Shown: positions 32,422 to 40,733, numbered from the stretch's first letter. The stretch: DNA of 48,627 nt from Anaerolineales bacterium UBA3071 (GCA_002366755.1 DFBV01000018.1:15508-64134), one strand, 5' to 3'. Program-made: numbers and translations. Notes: a model not told the origin generated them from the sequence alone.

Positions 32422-32512
32422 AGATCAGGCTGCATTGCTGGCGAAAATCGAGAAAAATCCGTAAAAATCAGTGTCAATCAGTGTTAATCTGTGTCCCATA
32501 AAATGTAACCTT
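32369..32512. mobile_element. AT-rich ~140-bp MITE-like element with terminal inverted repeats and 10-bp-phased internal repeats
   Basis: AAAGTTACATTTT...GGACACAGATT versus AATCTGTGTCC...AAAATGTAACCTT. CACAGA occurs at 32387, 32399, 32409 and 32419. ATC(A/T)GTGT(C/T) occurs at 32467, 32477 and 32487. Confidence 0.55.
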
Positions 32513-32638
32513 ATGCCCGTCATCAGTATATATGTGGGGTCATGTAGCGTCTCTCGCGCCGCCGGTTAATGGCCATATCCGTGACAAATGACCCACTAGC
32601 AAGCTCAGGCTCAGTTTTCATCCGTCAAGGTCTTGCCC

Positions 32639-35224
32639 TCACCAGGACTCATAGTCTGGATCTACCTCCTGAGCGCAGGTCTCGCGCAGTTCACCGTCGT
32701 ACTCGCTCGCGGTGACCCGCCCTCCCAGGCAGGCCACGAAAGCCTCCGCCTTGGCCTGGGCCTCGGCCAGGGCTTCTTCCACCTCAGCCCCCTCCATCAC
32801 CCGATCAAAGGCTTCGTAGAACCAGTACCGACGAACCGTGTACACCCAGGGATATTCCTCGTACACGGGATTTACGCTCCCGACACTGCGTTCCAGCGCG
32901 AATTGGAAAGTCGCCAGAGCTTCTTCCCCCACTCGCTGCTGATACTCTGGTGTCTCCATCAAGGAACGCCGTGGGGGAACCCCTTGAACCACTGCGAGCT
33001 GGCCGGTCAGGAACTTGATCCACTGCCAACAGGCTTCTGGGTAGGGTGAGTTGACCGAGATTACGTAAGCGACGATCTTGTTTTGGTTCATTTTCCCCTG
33101 ACCCAGGGGCAAGGGGGCCATACCGACGCGGAAGGGGAAAGCCTGGGCAGGCATATTGCCGGGATACTCGGCCCACATAGCCACCCGGCCTGTGGATACC
33201 ATGTCCCGCTGCCTTTGAAGATGCGCATCTCGATCCCGAAAGTAGTCTTTGATGTAGAGGGGGGGCATCACACCGTGGACCAGGGCCAAGTCGGCGTACC
33301 AGCGCACTCCCTCAACCATTGCCGGGGTGTCCAACTGAGGTCGTGGGGGCCGGGTGGACACGTCCGCCACAGTAGCGCCGTGCTGTCCAAGGAAGAACAG
33401 CAGATCATAGCACACCGGGTCGAGAGGTATGTAGCCGTACTGTTTGCTCTCCCCTTCTTCTTCTCTGGTCAGGGCTACGGCCTTTTCCAGGAAGTCGTCC
33501 AAATCCCAACCCGGCTGGGGATATGCCACGCCTGCCGCGTCGAAGAGGTCCTGGTGGTAATACATCACTTTCACGTCGCCGTCAGCCGGCAGGCCCAGGA
33601 GATCCCCTTGCCAGCGCCAGGTCTCCAGGAACCCGGGATAGAAATCGTCCAGGGGTAAGTCCTGGTCGGCGTCCACGAGAGGCTGCAGGTCGAGGACGTG
33701 CTGGCGATGCTCCGGTACGTAAGGGGTCGTATCGAAAGCGGTAAAGCAATCACAGGCTTCAGCCCAATAGGGAACCCCCCACTGCTCCGGCACTGTCACC
33801 TCCACCATGATCTCGGGATGGTCATCATGAAACGCTTCGGCCAGGGCATGGTAGGGAGCCGTCTCGCCGCGCCCACAGAAGGTGATGGTGACTTCCTCAC
33901 CAGTTGCCCTCTCTGGCTTCGGCGTGGCCACGGCCACGGGTGTCGCTGGGGTGACCTGCTGGGCCTCTTGCGCCGCAGCCAGAGCCTGCGCCTGGGCCTC
34001 GGCCAGGGCCTCCTCCACACCTCGTTCTCCGGCGAAGATGGCGCCCAAAGCTGTCAGGAGTGGCATATCCAGTGACAGCCCCGCAGGCACCTCCATCTGA
34101 AATTTCTCCAGGACGTAGCGGTAGACCGCAGCCGTCTCCTCGTCCAACGAGGCCCAAACGTCCACAGCCCCGGCCAGCGAGCGGCGCGGCGGCACAGTCC
34201 CTTCCTCAGTGGCCAGGGGCTGACGGGTCAGAAAAGTCAGCCAGAGCCAGCTCTCCTGCGGATGGGCAGTCCCGGCGCTCATGGCGTAGCCCGCCGCCTG
34301 TTTCCAGCCCACGATGGCCTTCCCCTCGGGCAGCGGCGCTACGCCCAGGTCAGGATAATACGGCATGTAGTCGCCGAGTTGGTCGGAGTAGCCGGGCCAC
34401 ATGGCCGCCTTGCCGTCCTGGATCAGCTCCACCAGCCGCACGGTCTTTTCGAGGCGGGGCGTGACGCCCTGGCGGGTCAGGTCGGTGTACCAGTTGACGG
34501 CTTCAGCCATGGCTGGATCGTCCAACCGGGGAAGCGGCGGGGTCGTCGTCTCATCCGTCCAGGTACCGGCGCGGCCCAGGATCAGGGCTATTGCCGCGCG
34601 CGGCCAGGGATTGATGAAGCCGTAGCGCAGCGTCTGGTCCCCCTCTCGCACGGTCAACTGCTGTGTCACCTGGGTGAAGTCCTCGTAACTCCAACCGGGC
34701 TGGGGCGGAGCGATGCCAGCCTGGTCGAAGGCGGCTTTATCGTAAAAGATCAAGGCCAGGGTCGTGCGCACAGGCAGAACCCAGGTGCCGCCGTCCCAGC
34801 GGAACTGCTCCAGCAGGCCGGGGTAAAAATCTTCGGCCTCGAAGGTTGGGTCGGCTTCCAGGAGAGGGGTCAGGTCCCGCAGCAGACCCCGCCGCGTGTC
34901 CTGGGGACGGATTAGACCTGCTGGACCGGTGAACGTATCAGCCGCTGTCGCCAGCTTGCTTAAGATATCTCGGTGCTCAGTTCCCAGGATCGCATTCTCC
35001 GACAGCAGCCGCACGGAGATGTGAGGATGGGTTTTGTGAAAACGCTCGGCCAGCCGCTCGTACTGGGGAAGATCCCAATCGTTGACGGCGAAGGTGATGG
35101 TTACCTGCTGGGCGGGCGCAGGGGTCGGCGTGGGTGTAACTTGCGAGGAACAGGCCGCCACCAGTATGACTAAAAGCATCCTTGGGAGTAGACGTTGCAA
35201 AGATCTCGACGGTATCACTTTCAT
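32639..35224 (-). CDS. Double solute-binding-protein lipoprotein, paralog 3
   Basis: GGAAGGAG SD. MKVIPSRSLQRLLPRMLLVILVAAC lipobox. Two SBP halves. Confidence 0.8.
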   Translation of the reverse strand: MKVIPSRSLQRLLPRMLLVILVAACSSQVTPTPTPAPAQQVTITFAVNDWDLPQYERLAERFHKTHPHISVRLLSENAILGTEHRDILSKLATAADTFTGPAGLIRPQDTRRGLLRDLTPLLEADPTFEAEDFYPGLLEQFRWDGGTWVLPVRTTLALIFYDKAAFDQAGIAPPQPGWSYEDFTQVTQQLTVREGDQTLRYGFINPWPRAAIALILGRAGTWTDETTTPPLPRLDDPAMAEAVNWYTDLTRQGVTPRLEKTVRLVELIQDGKAAMWPGYSDQLGDYMPYYPDLGVAPLPEGKAIVGWKQAAGYAMSAGTAHPQESWLWLTFLTRQPLATEEGTVPPRRSLAGAVDVWASLDEETAAVYRYVLEKFQMEVPAGLSLDMPLLTALGAIFAGERGVEEALAEAQAQALAAAQEAQQVTPATPVAVATPKPERATGEEVTITFCGRGETAPYHALAEAFHDDHPEIMVEVTVPEQWGVPYWAEACDCFTAFDTTPYVPEHRQHVLDLQPLVDADQDLPLDDFYPGFLETWRWQGDLLGLPADGDVKVMYYHQDLFDAAGVAYPQPGWDLDDFLEKAVALTREEEGESKQYGYIPLDPVCYDLLFFLGQHGATVADVSTRPPRPQLDTPAMVEGVRWYADLALVHGVMPPLYIKDYFRDRDAHLQRQRDMVSTGRVAMWAEYPGNMPAQAFPFRVGMAPLPLGQGKMNQNKIVAYVISVNSPYPEACWQWIKFLTGQLAVVQGVPPRRSLMETPEYQQRVGEEALATFQFALERSVGSVNPVYEEYPWVYTVRRYWFYEAFDRVMEGAEVEEALAEAQAKAEAFVACLGGRVTASEYDGELRETCAQEVDPDYESW

Positions 35225-35284
35225 TTCATGCTCCTTCCATTGTGTCCGGCTAACCGATCTGAGGTTGCGGACGTCAATCTTATG

Positions 35285-35316
35285 GAAGAGAGAGCCCACA
35301 AAGGAACTCTCTCTTC
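35285..35316 (-). terminator. Perfect 10-bp hairpin after the His-repeat peptide gene
   Basis: GAAGAGAGAG-12 nt-CTCTCTCTTC. Confidence 0.45.
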
Positions 35317-35329
35317 TGTGGCAATGTCA

Positions 35330-35530
35330 CTACTCGCAAACATCTGTGTGCTGATTGGTGTGGTAGTTATTATGGATGTTGTCATGAACACACGCTTCAG
35401 CCACACTTGCCGTGAGCACCATCCCCAGCACGCTGGCAGTCAGCGCTGCTCCCGTCACCACTGCCGCCTTGCGCCCGATGTTGCCCTCTTCGAGTACAAT
35501 GAAGTCGGTCACCTTCTTTGGCACGTTCAT
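35330..35530 (-). CDS. 66-aa candidate RiPP precursor / membrane-anchored peptide with C-terminal C-V-(HDNI)(HNNY)(HTNQ)(HTDV)-C-E
   Basis: GGAAGGAGG SD. Lies 100 nt downstream of and co-oriented with the radical SAM/SPASM gene. Central hydrophobic helix, then four H-x-(N/D)-x units flanked by Cys. Confidence 0.65.
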   Translation of the reverse strand: MNVPKKVTDFIVLEEGNIGRKAAVVTGAALTASVLGMVLTASVAEACVHDNIHNNYHTNQHTDVCE

Positions 35531-35633
35531 CCTGTTTCACCTCCTTCCTGTGTGGGTTTTGTGCTGGATCCGAACCTTTGATATCCATCCAATATCCATC
35601 ACCTCCTTCTCCCGACGGCAATTGGGCATCCCT

Positions 35634-36761
35634 CTACACCCAACTGTTCAAAATGGCTGCCTCCTCACGATTGAGGAGTTTCCTGAACAGGTGGGGGATC
35701 ATCTCCCTGTAGATCTGACATTCGAAGTTGAGGGGAATGTTGGGAATGGGGCTGCCGTGCTGGTTGATGCCCCGCGCCACGCAGTAGCCACAATACGGTC
35801 CGAAGGGGCAAGTCTGACATTCTGGCAACGTCTCGGCGGCCAGAGTGCGCAGGGCCATAGCCGTGTCCGACGTGAAGACCTCGTCGTAGGTGTCGCTCAA
35901 GACGTTGCCCATGATCAACATCGGAACACTGCGACCACCATCGCAGCCGTGAATGGTGCCATTATGACCAACAATGACCTGCGATATACCACAACCGCAG
36001 GGCCGGCGCAGGCACATGTAGGCGTGCGCAGGGTTCAGCACGTTTCCCAGCAGATAGGCCGTCTTGCCCTCACGGAAGCTGTGGCCCCCGCGGTTCTTCT
36101 CCAGCACGTAGTCCAAAGTGCGCTTCCAGGCTCCGACGAACTGCTCCGGCGTCACGCCAACGTCGTAGCCCGACTCATAGGCCCGCCCTAGATAGTTCAC
36201 ATATCGCAAGTACAGAATATTCACGCCGCGCTCGATGTATTCATCAACGATCTCCCTCTCATGCCCCAGCCCGTTGACGGTGAAGGTGGGCAGGAAGGGC
36301 ACGAAGATGTCGTACTCCTCCTTGAGCTTCTCCGCCCAGCGCACGACGTCCTCGTAGGTCCCTCGCCCGCTGGGATAGACCCGCTGCCGGTCGTGCACCA
36401 GCGGTGGGCCATCGAGGGAGGAGCATAGCTTGACGTTGCCTCGCTCCTTGATGTCCTGAGCGATCTCGTCGCTCATCAGCGTAAGGTTGGAGACGATAGC
36501 GAAGCTGAGTTCGATACTCTCCGCCTCAGCCCGCTGCATGGCGTAGTCCATGGCCTTCTGAATCAGGTCGTAGCGCAGGAGAGGCTCGCCGCCCTGGAAC
36601 TCGATGCGCATCTGCTTGCGGCCCTGGCGGGGCACGGAGAAGAAGAAGTCCACGGTCTTGTAGAGCACCTCATCGTCCATGTCCCACTCCTTGCGGGAGA
36701 GCGACTGCGATTTGGCGTGGCAGTAGACGCAGGCCATGTTGCAGCGGTTGGTGGGCACCAT
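35634..36761 (-). CDS. Radical SAM enzyme with C-terminal SPASM domain (peptide-maturase type)
   Basis: CNMACVYC (CxxxCxxC) at the N-terminus. GGEPLL. C-terminal CGCG...C and CQTCPFGPYCGYC auxiliary-cluster motifs. The true start may be upstream (see findings). Confidence 0.85.
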   Translation of the reverse strand: MVPTNRCNMACVYCHAKSQSLSRKEWDMDDEVLYKTVDFFFSVPRQGRKQMRIEFQGGEPLLRYDLIQKAMDYAMQRAEAESIELSFAIVSNLTLMSDEIAQDIKERGNVKLCSSLDGPPLVHDRQRVYPSGRGTYEDVVRWAEKLKEEYDIFVPFLPTFTVNGLGHEREIVDEYIERGVNILYLRYVNYLGRAYESGYDVGVTPEQFVGAWKRTLDYVLEKNRGGHSFREGKTAYLLGNVLNPAHAYMCLRRPCGCGISQVIVGHNGTIHGCDGGRSVPMLIMGNVLSDTYDEVFTSDTAMALRTLAAETLPECQTCPFGPYCGYCVARGINQHGSPIPNIPLNFECQIYREMIPHLFRKLLNREEAAILNSWV

Positions 36762-36802
36762 GATGAAGAGAGAAGGCGGCCGGTGCAGAAAGCCGTAGCG
36801 CT

Positions 36803-36837
36803 GGCAAATGGAAAGCCCCTCGCGGGCGGCACGAGGG
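36803..36837 (-). terminator. Terminator-like hairpin with the conserved 23-mer, after SBP paralog 4
   Basis: Same GGCAAATGGAAAGCCCCTCGCGG block as at 29519. Stem CCCTCG/CGAGGG. Confidence 0.45.
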
Positions 36838-36865
36838 TCTTGGCGACAGACATAAGCTCCTTACG

Positions 36866-39439
36866 TTATCCTCCTCCGTACGTCGCATCCACCTGTCTGG
36901 CGCAGGCATCGGCCCGCTCCTGATCATCCTCGATCTCACTGGCGGCCCAGCAGGCCACGTATGCCTCCGCCTTGGCCTGCGCTTCATCCAAAGCCATCTC
37001 CACCTCTATCCCTTGCGCGATGTCCAATAGCGCCTGACGGAAGCAAAGCCAGATTTGGTCGAACCACGGCGTCCTCTCGGACAGCTCGGGGGTCCGACTG
37101 TCGAAATACTCAACCGTCGCCCGATAAGCAGCCGCCACTTCGCCCCCCACGGCTTCTTCGAAGGCCGGGGAAGCCATGAGAGAGCGACGGGTGGGCAGCG
37201 AGATTCCGGCCGGCCGCTGCTCGGTCAGGTGGGCAAGCCACTCCCAGCACGTCTGAGGATGCTTCGTATTAGCTGAAATGAAGTAGCCGGATAAGTAAAA
37301 CTCAGCCGCCCCTTGAACCTCCCCCAAGGGTAGCGGTGCCATTCCCCACTGCACACCTCTGAATCGTTCCTGTTCCAGGCTCATCCCCATCCACATCGCC
37401 ACCCGCCCGCCACTGATGAGGAGAGCCCGCTGCCGGAAGGCTACAGCCCCTTCTTCTTCCCCTTCTGGCAGAAGGAGCACCGCACCTTTCTCGGCTAGGT
37501 CGAAGAATCTGCGCGCCGCCTCCACCACCTTGGGAGCGTTAAGAGTGGGGCAAGTGGGATGTTGGAGATCATCCACCAGGGAGCCCCCGTGGGCATAGAC
37601 GAAGGGAATAGCCTGGCTGGGCAGCGCAATGAAGCCATACTGTTTGGTTTCTCCCTCACCCTGGGTCAGACGAAGAGCCTTGTCGTAGAAATCGTCCCAC
37701 ATCCAACCAGCCTGGGGGTAGTCCACTCCAGCAGCGTCGAAGAGGTTTCGGTTGTAGAAGAGCACCTGAACCTGTATCGTGGCCGGAAGGGCATAGAGAT
37801 CGCCCTCCCAACGATAGGCGTCCAGCGCTCGGGGACAGAATCCATCCAGGGAAAAGGCGGGATCAGCTTCCAGGAGGGGTTGGAGGTTCAGGACGTGGGG
37901 CAGAGATTCCTCCGGCAAATCGCCCCAGAGGAAGCAATCGGTCTGAGTGGCCGTCTCGACAAAGGAAGATCGGGAGTCCCTGACCACAATCCTGATGTCT
38001 GGGCGTGCAGCAGTGAAGGAACGGGCCAACTCTCGATAGGGCAGGAACTCAGGGCCGTAGGCAAAGGCGATCTCCACTTCCTCCTTAGCTGCCGTTGGGG
38101 TGGCCATGACCACCGGCCGAGGAGGGGTCTGCATAACCTTAACCAACTGAGAGTGGTAGGCCATAGCCTCTGCCTGAGCCTGCGCCAAGGCTGCCTCGGC
38201 CGTCGCCTCCCCTCGAAGCACGGCGCGCAACGCCTGAGACAGCCATCCATACAGGCGGAAGGGGCGTAACGGAGGCATGGCGTGCTCCAGGGCGTAGAGA
38301 TAAGCGGCAGCGTTTTCCTCGCCCATTTGCTCCCGGAAGCCCGAAGTTTCGAACACCGATCGGCGTGCAGGGAGTTCGTTCCTCAGCCGGCGGGTCGTCA
38401 GGAAATGGATCCATTCCCAGCTCTCATGAGGGTGAGCCGTAGCGCCACTAATGTAGTAGCAAGAGAGGAAAACAGCATCAGTTGGCTGTTTTCCCTCGGG
38501 GAAAGGCACAAAGCCCAGGCGCATCTCTTGGGCCGCCTTGGAAAGCGAGTCTGGACGCCTCGGCTCCATCCACATGGCGACGTGCCCCTCCAGAGGCAGC
38601 TCGAATAGAGTGGAGAACTCCATTCCGGAAGTATCGGCCACCACTTGATGGCGAAGGGTCAGGTCGGCAAATTCCCGTAACGCCGTCGCTACCCTCGGAT
38701 CGTCCAACGTAGGGCGGATCGGGTCGGCGAAAGGATCCGCCAGAGACCCGCCATGTCCGTAGATATAGGAAACCAGGAACTGGGGACTAGTGGGGAGAAA
38801 AGCATATTTGACCCCTCGATGCCCGGCCAGGGACTGGGCTTTGGCCAGGAAATCATCCCATGTCCAGCCGATTTGTGGATAGCTCATGCCCGCCTGGTCG
38901 AAAAGGTCCTTGTTGTAAGCGATGAGCATGAGGTTCACCTGGTCAGGCAAGCCCCATAGCTCTTCCCGCCAGGTAAGGCGCTCCAGAAGGCCGGGGAAGA
39001 AATCATCGGCCTTGAAAGTGGGATCAGCCTTGGCCAGGGGATCCAGGTTCAGCATGTAGCCCTGCGCAATCCCATTCCAGGGCTCGAGCGTTAAGGCAGT
39101 GAAGGTATCGGCGGCTGAGGCCAGCAGCCGTATATCTTCCCCTGGCTCGGCCGGCTGGTCCGATTGCAGGTCAAGGATCTCCTCGTAGCTCTTCAACTGG
39201 ATGGTGATGCCCGGATGGGCCTGGGTGAATTCCTCGGCCAGGGGTTCGTAAACTTGGAACGTGCCCTTATAGCAGGCAAACGTGACGGTGACGGGAGCAG
39301 TGGTAGGTAAGGGTGGGAAAGGGCTTGCTCTGACGCCCGCTGGGGCGGTAGGCTCTTCAATCCGTTCAGGGATCGTTGGTGGCCTACAATGAACCAACAG
39401 CAGTGCTGGCAGGACGAATAGAGCAAAGATTTTTCTCAT
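36866..39439 (-). CDS. Double solute-binding-protein lipoprotein, paralog 4
   Basis: AAGGAGG SD. MRKIFALFVLPALLLVHC lipobox. Two SBP halves. Confidence 0.8.
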   Translation of the reverse strand: MRKIFALFVLPALLLVHCRPPTIPERIEEPTAPAGVRASPFPPLPTTAPVTVTFACYKGTFQVYEPLAEEFTQAHPGITIQLKSYEEILDLQSDQPAEPGEDIRLLASAADTFTALTLEPWNGIAQGYMLNLDPLAKADPTFKADDFFPGLLERLTWREELWGLPDQVNLMLIAYNKDLFDQAGMSYPQIGWTWDDFLAKAQSLAGHRGVKYAFLPTSPQFLVSYIYGHGGSLADPFADPIRPTLDDPRVATALREFADLTLRHQVVADTSGMEFSTLFELPLEGHVAMWMEPRRPDSLSKAAQEMRLGFVPFPEGKQPTDAVFLSCYYISGATAHPHESWEWIHFLTTRRLRNELPARRSVFETSGFREQMGEENAAAYLYALEHAMPPLRPFRLYGWLSQALRAVLRGEATAEAALAQAQAEAMAYHSQLVKVMQTPPRPVVMATPTAAKEEVEIAFAYGPEFLPYRELARSFTAARPDIRIVVRDSRSSFVETATQTDCFLWGDLPEESLPHVLNLQPLLEADPAFSLDGFCPRALDAYRWEGDLYALPATIQVQVLFYNRNLFDAAGVDYPQAGWMWDDFYDKALRLTQGEGETKQYGFIALPSQAIPFVYAHGGSLVDDLQHPTCPTLNAPKVVEAARRFFDLAEKGAVLLLPEGEEEGAVAFRQRALLISGGRVAMWMGMSLEQERFRGVQWGMAPLPLGEVQGAAEFYLSGYFISANTKHPQTCWEWLAHLTEQRPAGISLPTRRSLMASPAFEEAVGGEVAAAYRATVEYFDSRTPELSERTPWFDQIWLCFRQALLDIAQGIEVEMALDEAQAKAEAYVACWAASEIEDDQERADACARQVDATYGGG

Positions 39440-39483
39440 CTCTTTTGCCTCCTTGCCTAACCAGGCATCACGCCAATGCTTGG

Positions 39484-39518
39484 AAAGGGGCTGGCAGGGT
39501 TACCCGCCAGCCCCTTTC
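39484..39518 (-). terminator. Hairpin after Cys/Trp-rich peptide gene
   Basis: AAAGGGGCTGGC-loop-GCCAGCCCCTTT. Confidence 0.5.
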
Positions 39519-39559
39519 GGGCAATCGGCCTGTTACGGGCGGGGGAAGCAGCGGTCCTT

Positions 39560-39868
39560 TCAAGTACCACATGGGAAGTGCCGGTCCTCCCAATTGCCAC
39601 AATAGCAGCGCCATTTCCACCCGCTCTCGCATTTCATCCAGAATTCGTCTCCCTCATGCCAAGTCCAACCGTCGATCCCCCAACGACATGACCAGCAAGC
39701 ATCGGGGTATCTCACTATACAGCCTTCGCAGTCCTCAAGGGGCTGCACTGGGCCGGCATTTGCCATAGAGGGCGTGAAGAAACTCACCGCCGCCAACACC
39801 AGCGATGCGACGAGCATTGTGACCAAGCCACCCATGACCACCCTTTGCATTTTACCATACTTCACCAT
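39560..39868 (-). CDS. Secreted Cys/Trp-rich small protein (about 64-aa mature part, 8 Cys, 8 Trp)
   Basis: AGGAGG SD 8 nt before ATG 39868. Signal peptide ...FFTPSMANA, then GPVQPLEDCEGC...WKWRCYCGNWEDRHFPCGT. Confidence 0.65.
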   Translation of the reverse strand: MVKYGKMQRVVMGGLVTMLVASLVLAAVSFFTPSMANAGPVQPLEDCEGCIVRYPDACWSCRWGIDGWTWHEGDEFWMKCESGWKWRCYCGNWEDRHFPCGT

Positions 39869-39957
39869 TTTTGTCACCTCCTATGCAGTTGAATTGATCG
39901 AGCGAAATGTCGGACTGTCCCACTCGTCTTTGCATCTATCACCCCCTTTCACTTCCG

Positions 39958-40515
39958 TCACTCGACTTCGGCCAGCTTTTTCAGTTGCCCCAATGAGTTG
40001 GCGAAGCCCCTGCTAACAACGACGCCACTTTCGTTGATGACGTATAAGAAGGGCGTGCCCGGCACCTTGTAATCCCGCGCCACCCCATCATCCCAGATCA
40101 GAACGGGGAAACCAAACCCTTGCTCCTCCACCAGTTGCTGGTTCTCCTCTACGGAGCCCCGCGAGATCATCACCACTTGCATTTCGTCCATTTCCTCGCT
40201 GAAGGTCTTCAAGTTGGGGGATAGTTCAGCGCAGGCCGGACATCGGGTGGAGGAGAAGACCAGCAACACTCCCTGCCCCGCAAAATCACCCAACGTGACC
40301 GTTTGACCCCTCACGTCGGGCAAGCTGAACTCTGGCGCTTTCGTGCCCTTCTCCAGGCCCGGCGGCTCGCTCACCGCCCCCAAGAACTCCAGCGCTGCTA
40401 CGACGTTATTCTGCAACTGGTTCATTCTGATGAAAAGGCCGATGATGGTCACCATCAACAGGATGACGATGCCCATCAGCATCAGGAGCAGAACGTTGGT
40501 CTTCGTTTCGTTCAT
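39958..40515 (-). CDS. TlpA/ResA-like membrane-anchored thiol-disulfide oxidoreductase
   Basis: N-terminal TM helix and redoxin fold with a CPAC active site (FSSTRCPACAEL). Start is ATG 40515 or GTG 40521. Confidence 0.8.
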   Translation of the reverse strand: MNETKTNVLLLMLMGIVILLMVTIIGLFIRMNQLQNNVVAALEFLGAVSEPPGLEKGTKAPEFSLPDVRGQTVTLGDFAGQGVLLVFSSTRCPACAELSPNLKTFSEEMDEMQVVMISRGSVEENQQLVEEQGFGFPVLIWDDGVARDYKVPGTPFLYVINESGVVVSRGFANSLGQLKKLAEVE

Positions 40516-40532
40516 GGGCACACCTTTGTCGG

Positions 40533-40733
40533 AATCAAAAAGCGCCGACCTCTCAAGGCACGAGCATGCCCTGAGACATCGGCGCTCTTCGCGGACGCCA
40601 AACCACCTTTTCGCTGTGAACTATGGCGAACTGTTCTCTCTCTCCGCAAGTGCATCTTATCCTCCCCGGACTTCCCACCAGACATCACTTTGTGGCCTTA
40701 GCCAGTATGATTGCTGCACAGTAATCCTACCAT
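40533..40733 (-). promoter_or_regulatory. ~200-nt leader, copy B, directly upstream of the TlpA-like gene
   Basis: Homologous to 29222-29435. A 47-codon uORF (40655..40512) reads through the terminator hairpin (40536-40585) and ends in ATGA on the TlpA start. The -35 region is replaced by foreign sequence. Confidence 0.65.

Noticed and set aside
35550-35612. 20-codon ORF MDIGWISKVRIQHKTHTGRR between the rSAM and peptide genes.
   Set aside because: The GGAGG is only 2 nt from the ATG, which is too close. The ORF's end overlaps the SD of the real peptide gene. There is no supporting feature.
36563-36853. 96-aa ORF MSVAKTLVPPARGFPF… with a strong SD.
   Set aside because: Apart from its first ~30 codons, it is the -1 frame of the radical SAM gene and gives low-complexity Ser/Ala/Thr/Pro sequence. 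It is treated as a start-site anomaly, not a gene.
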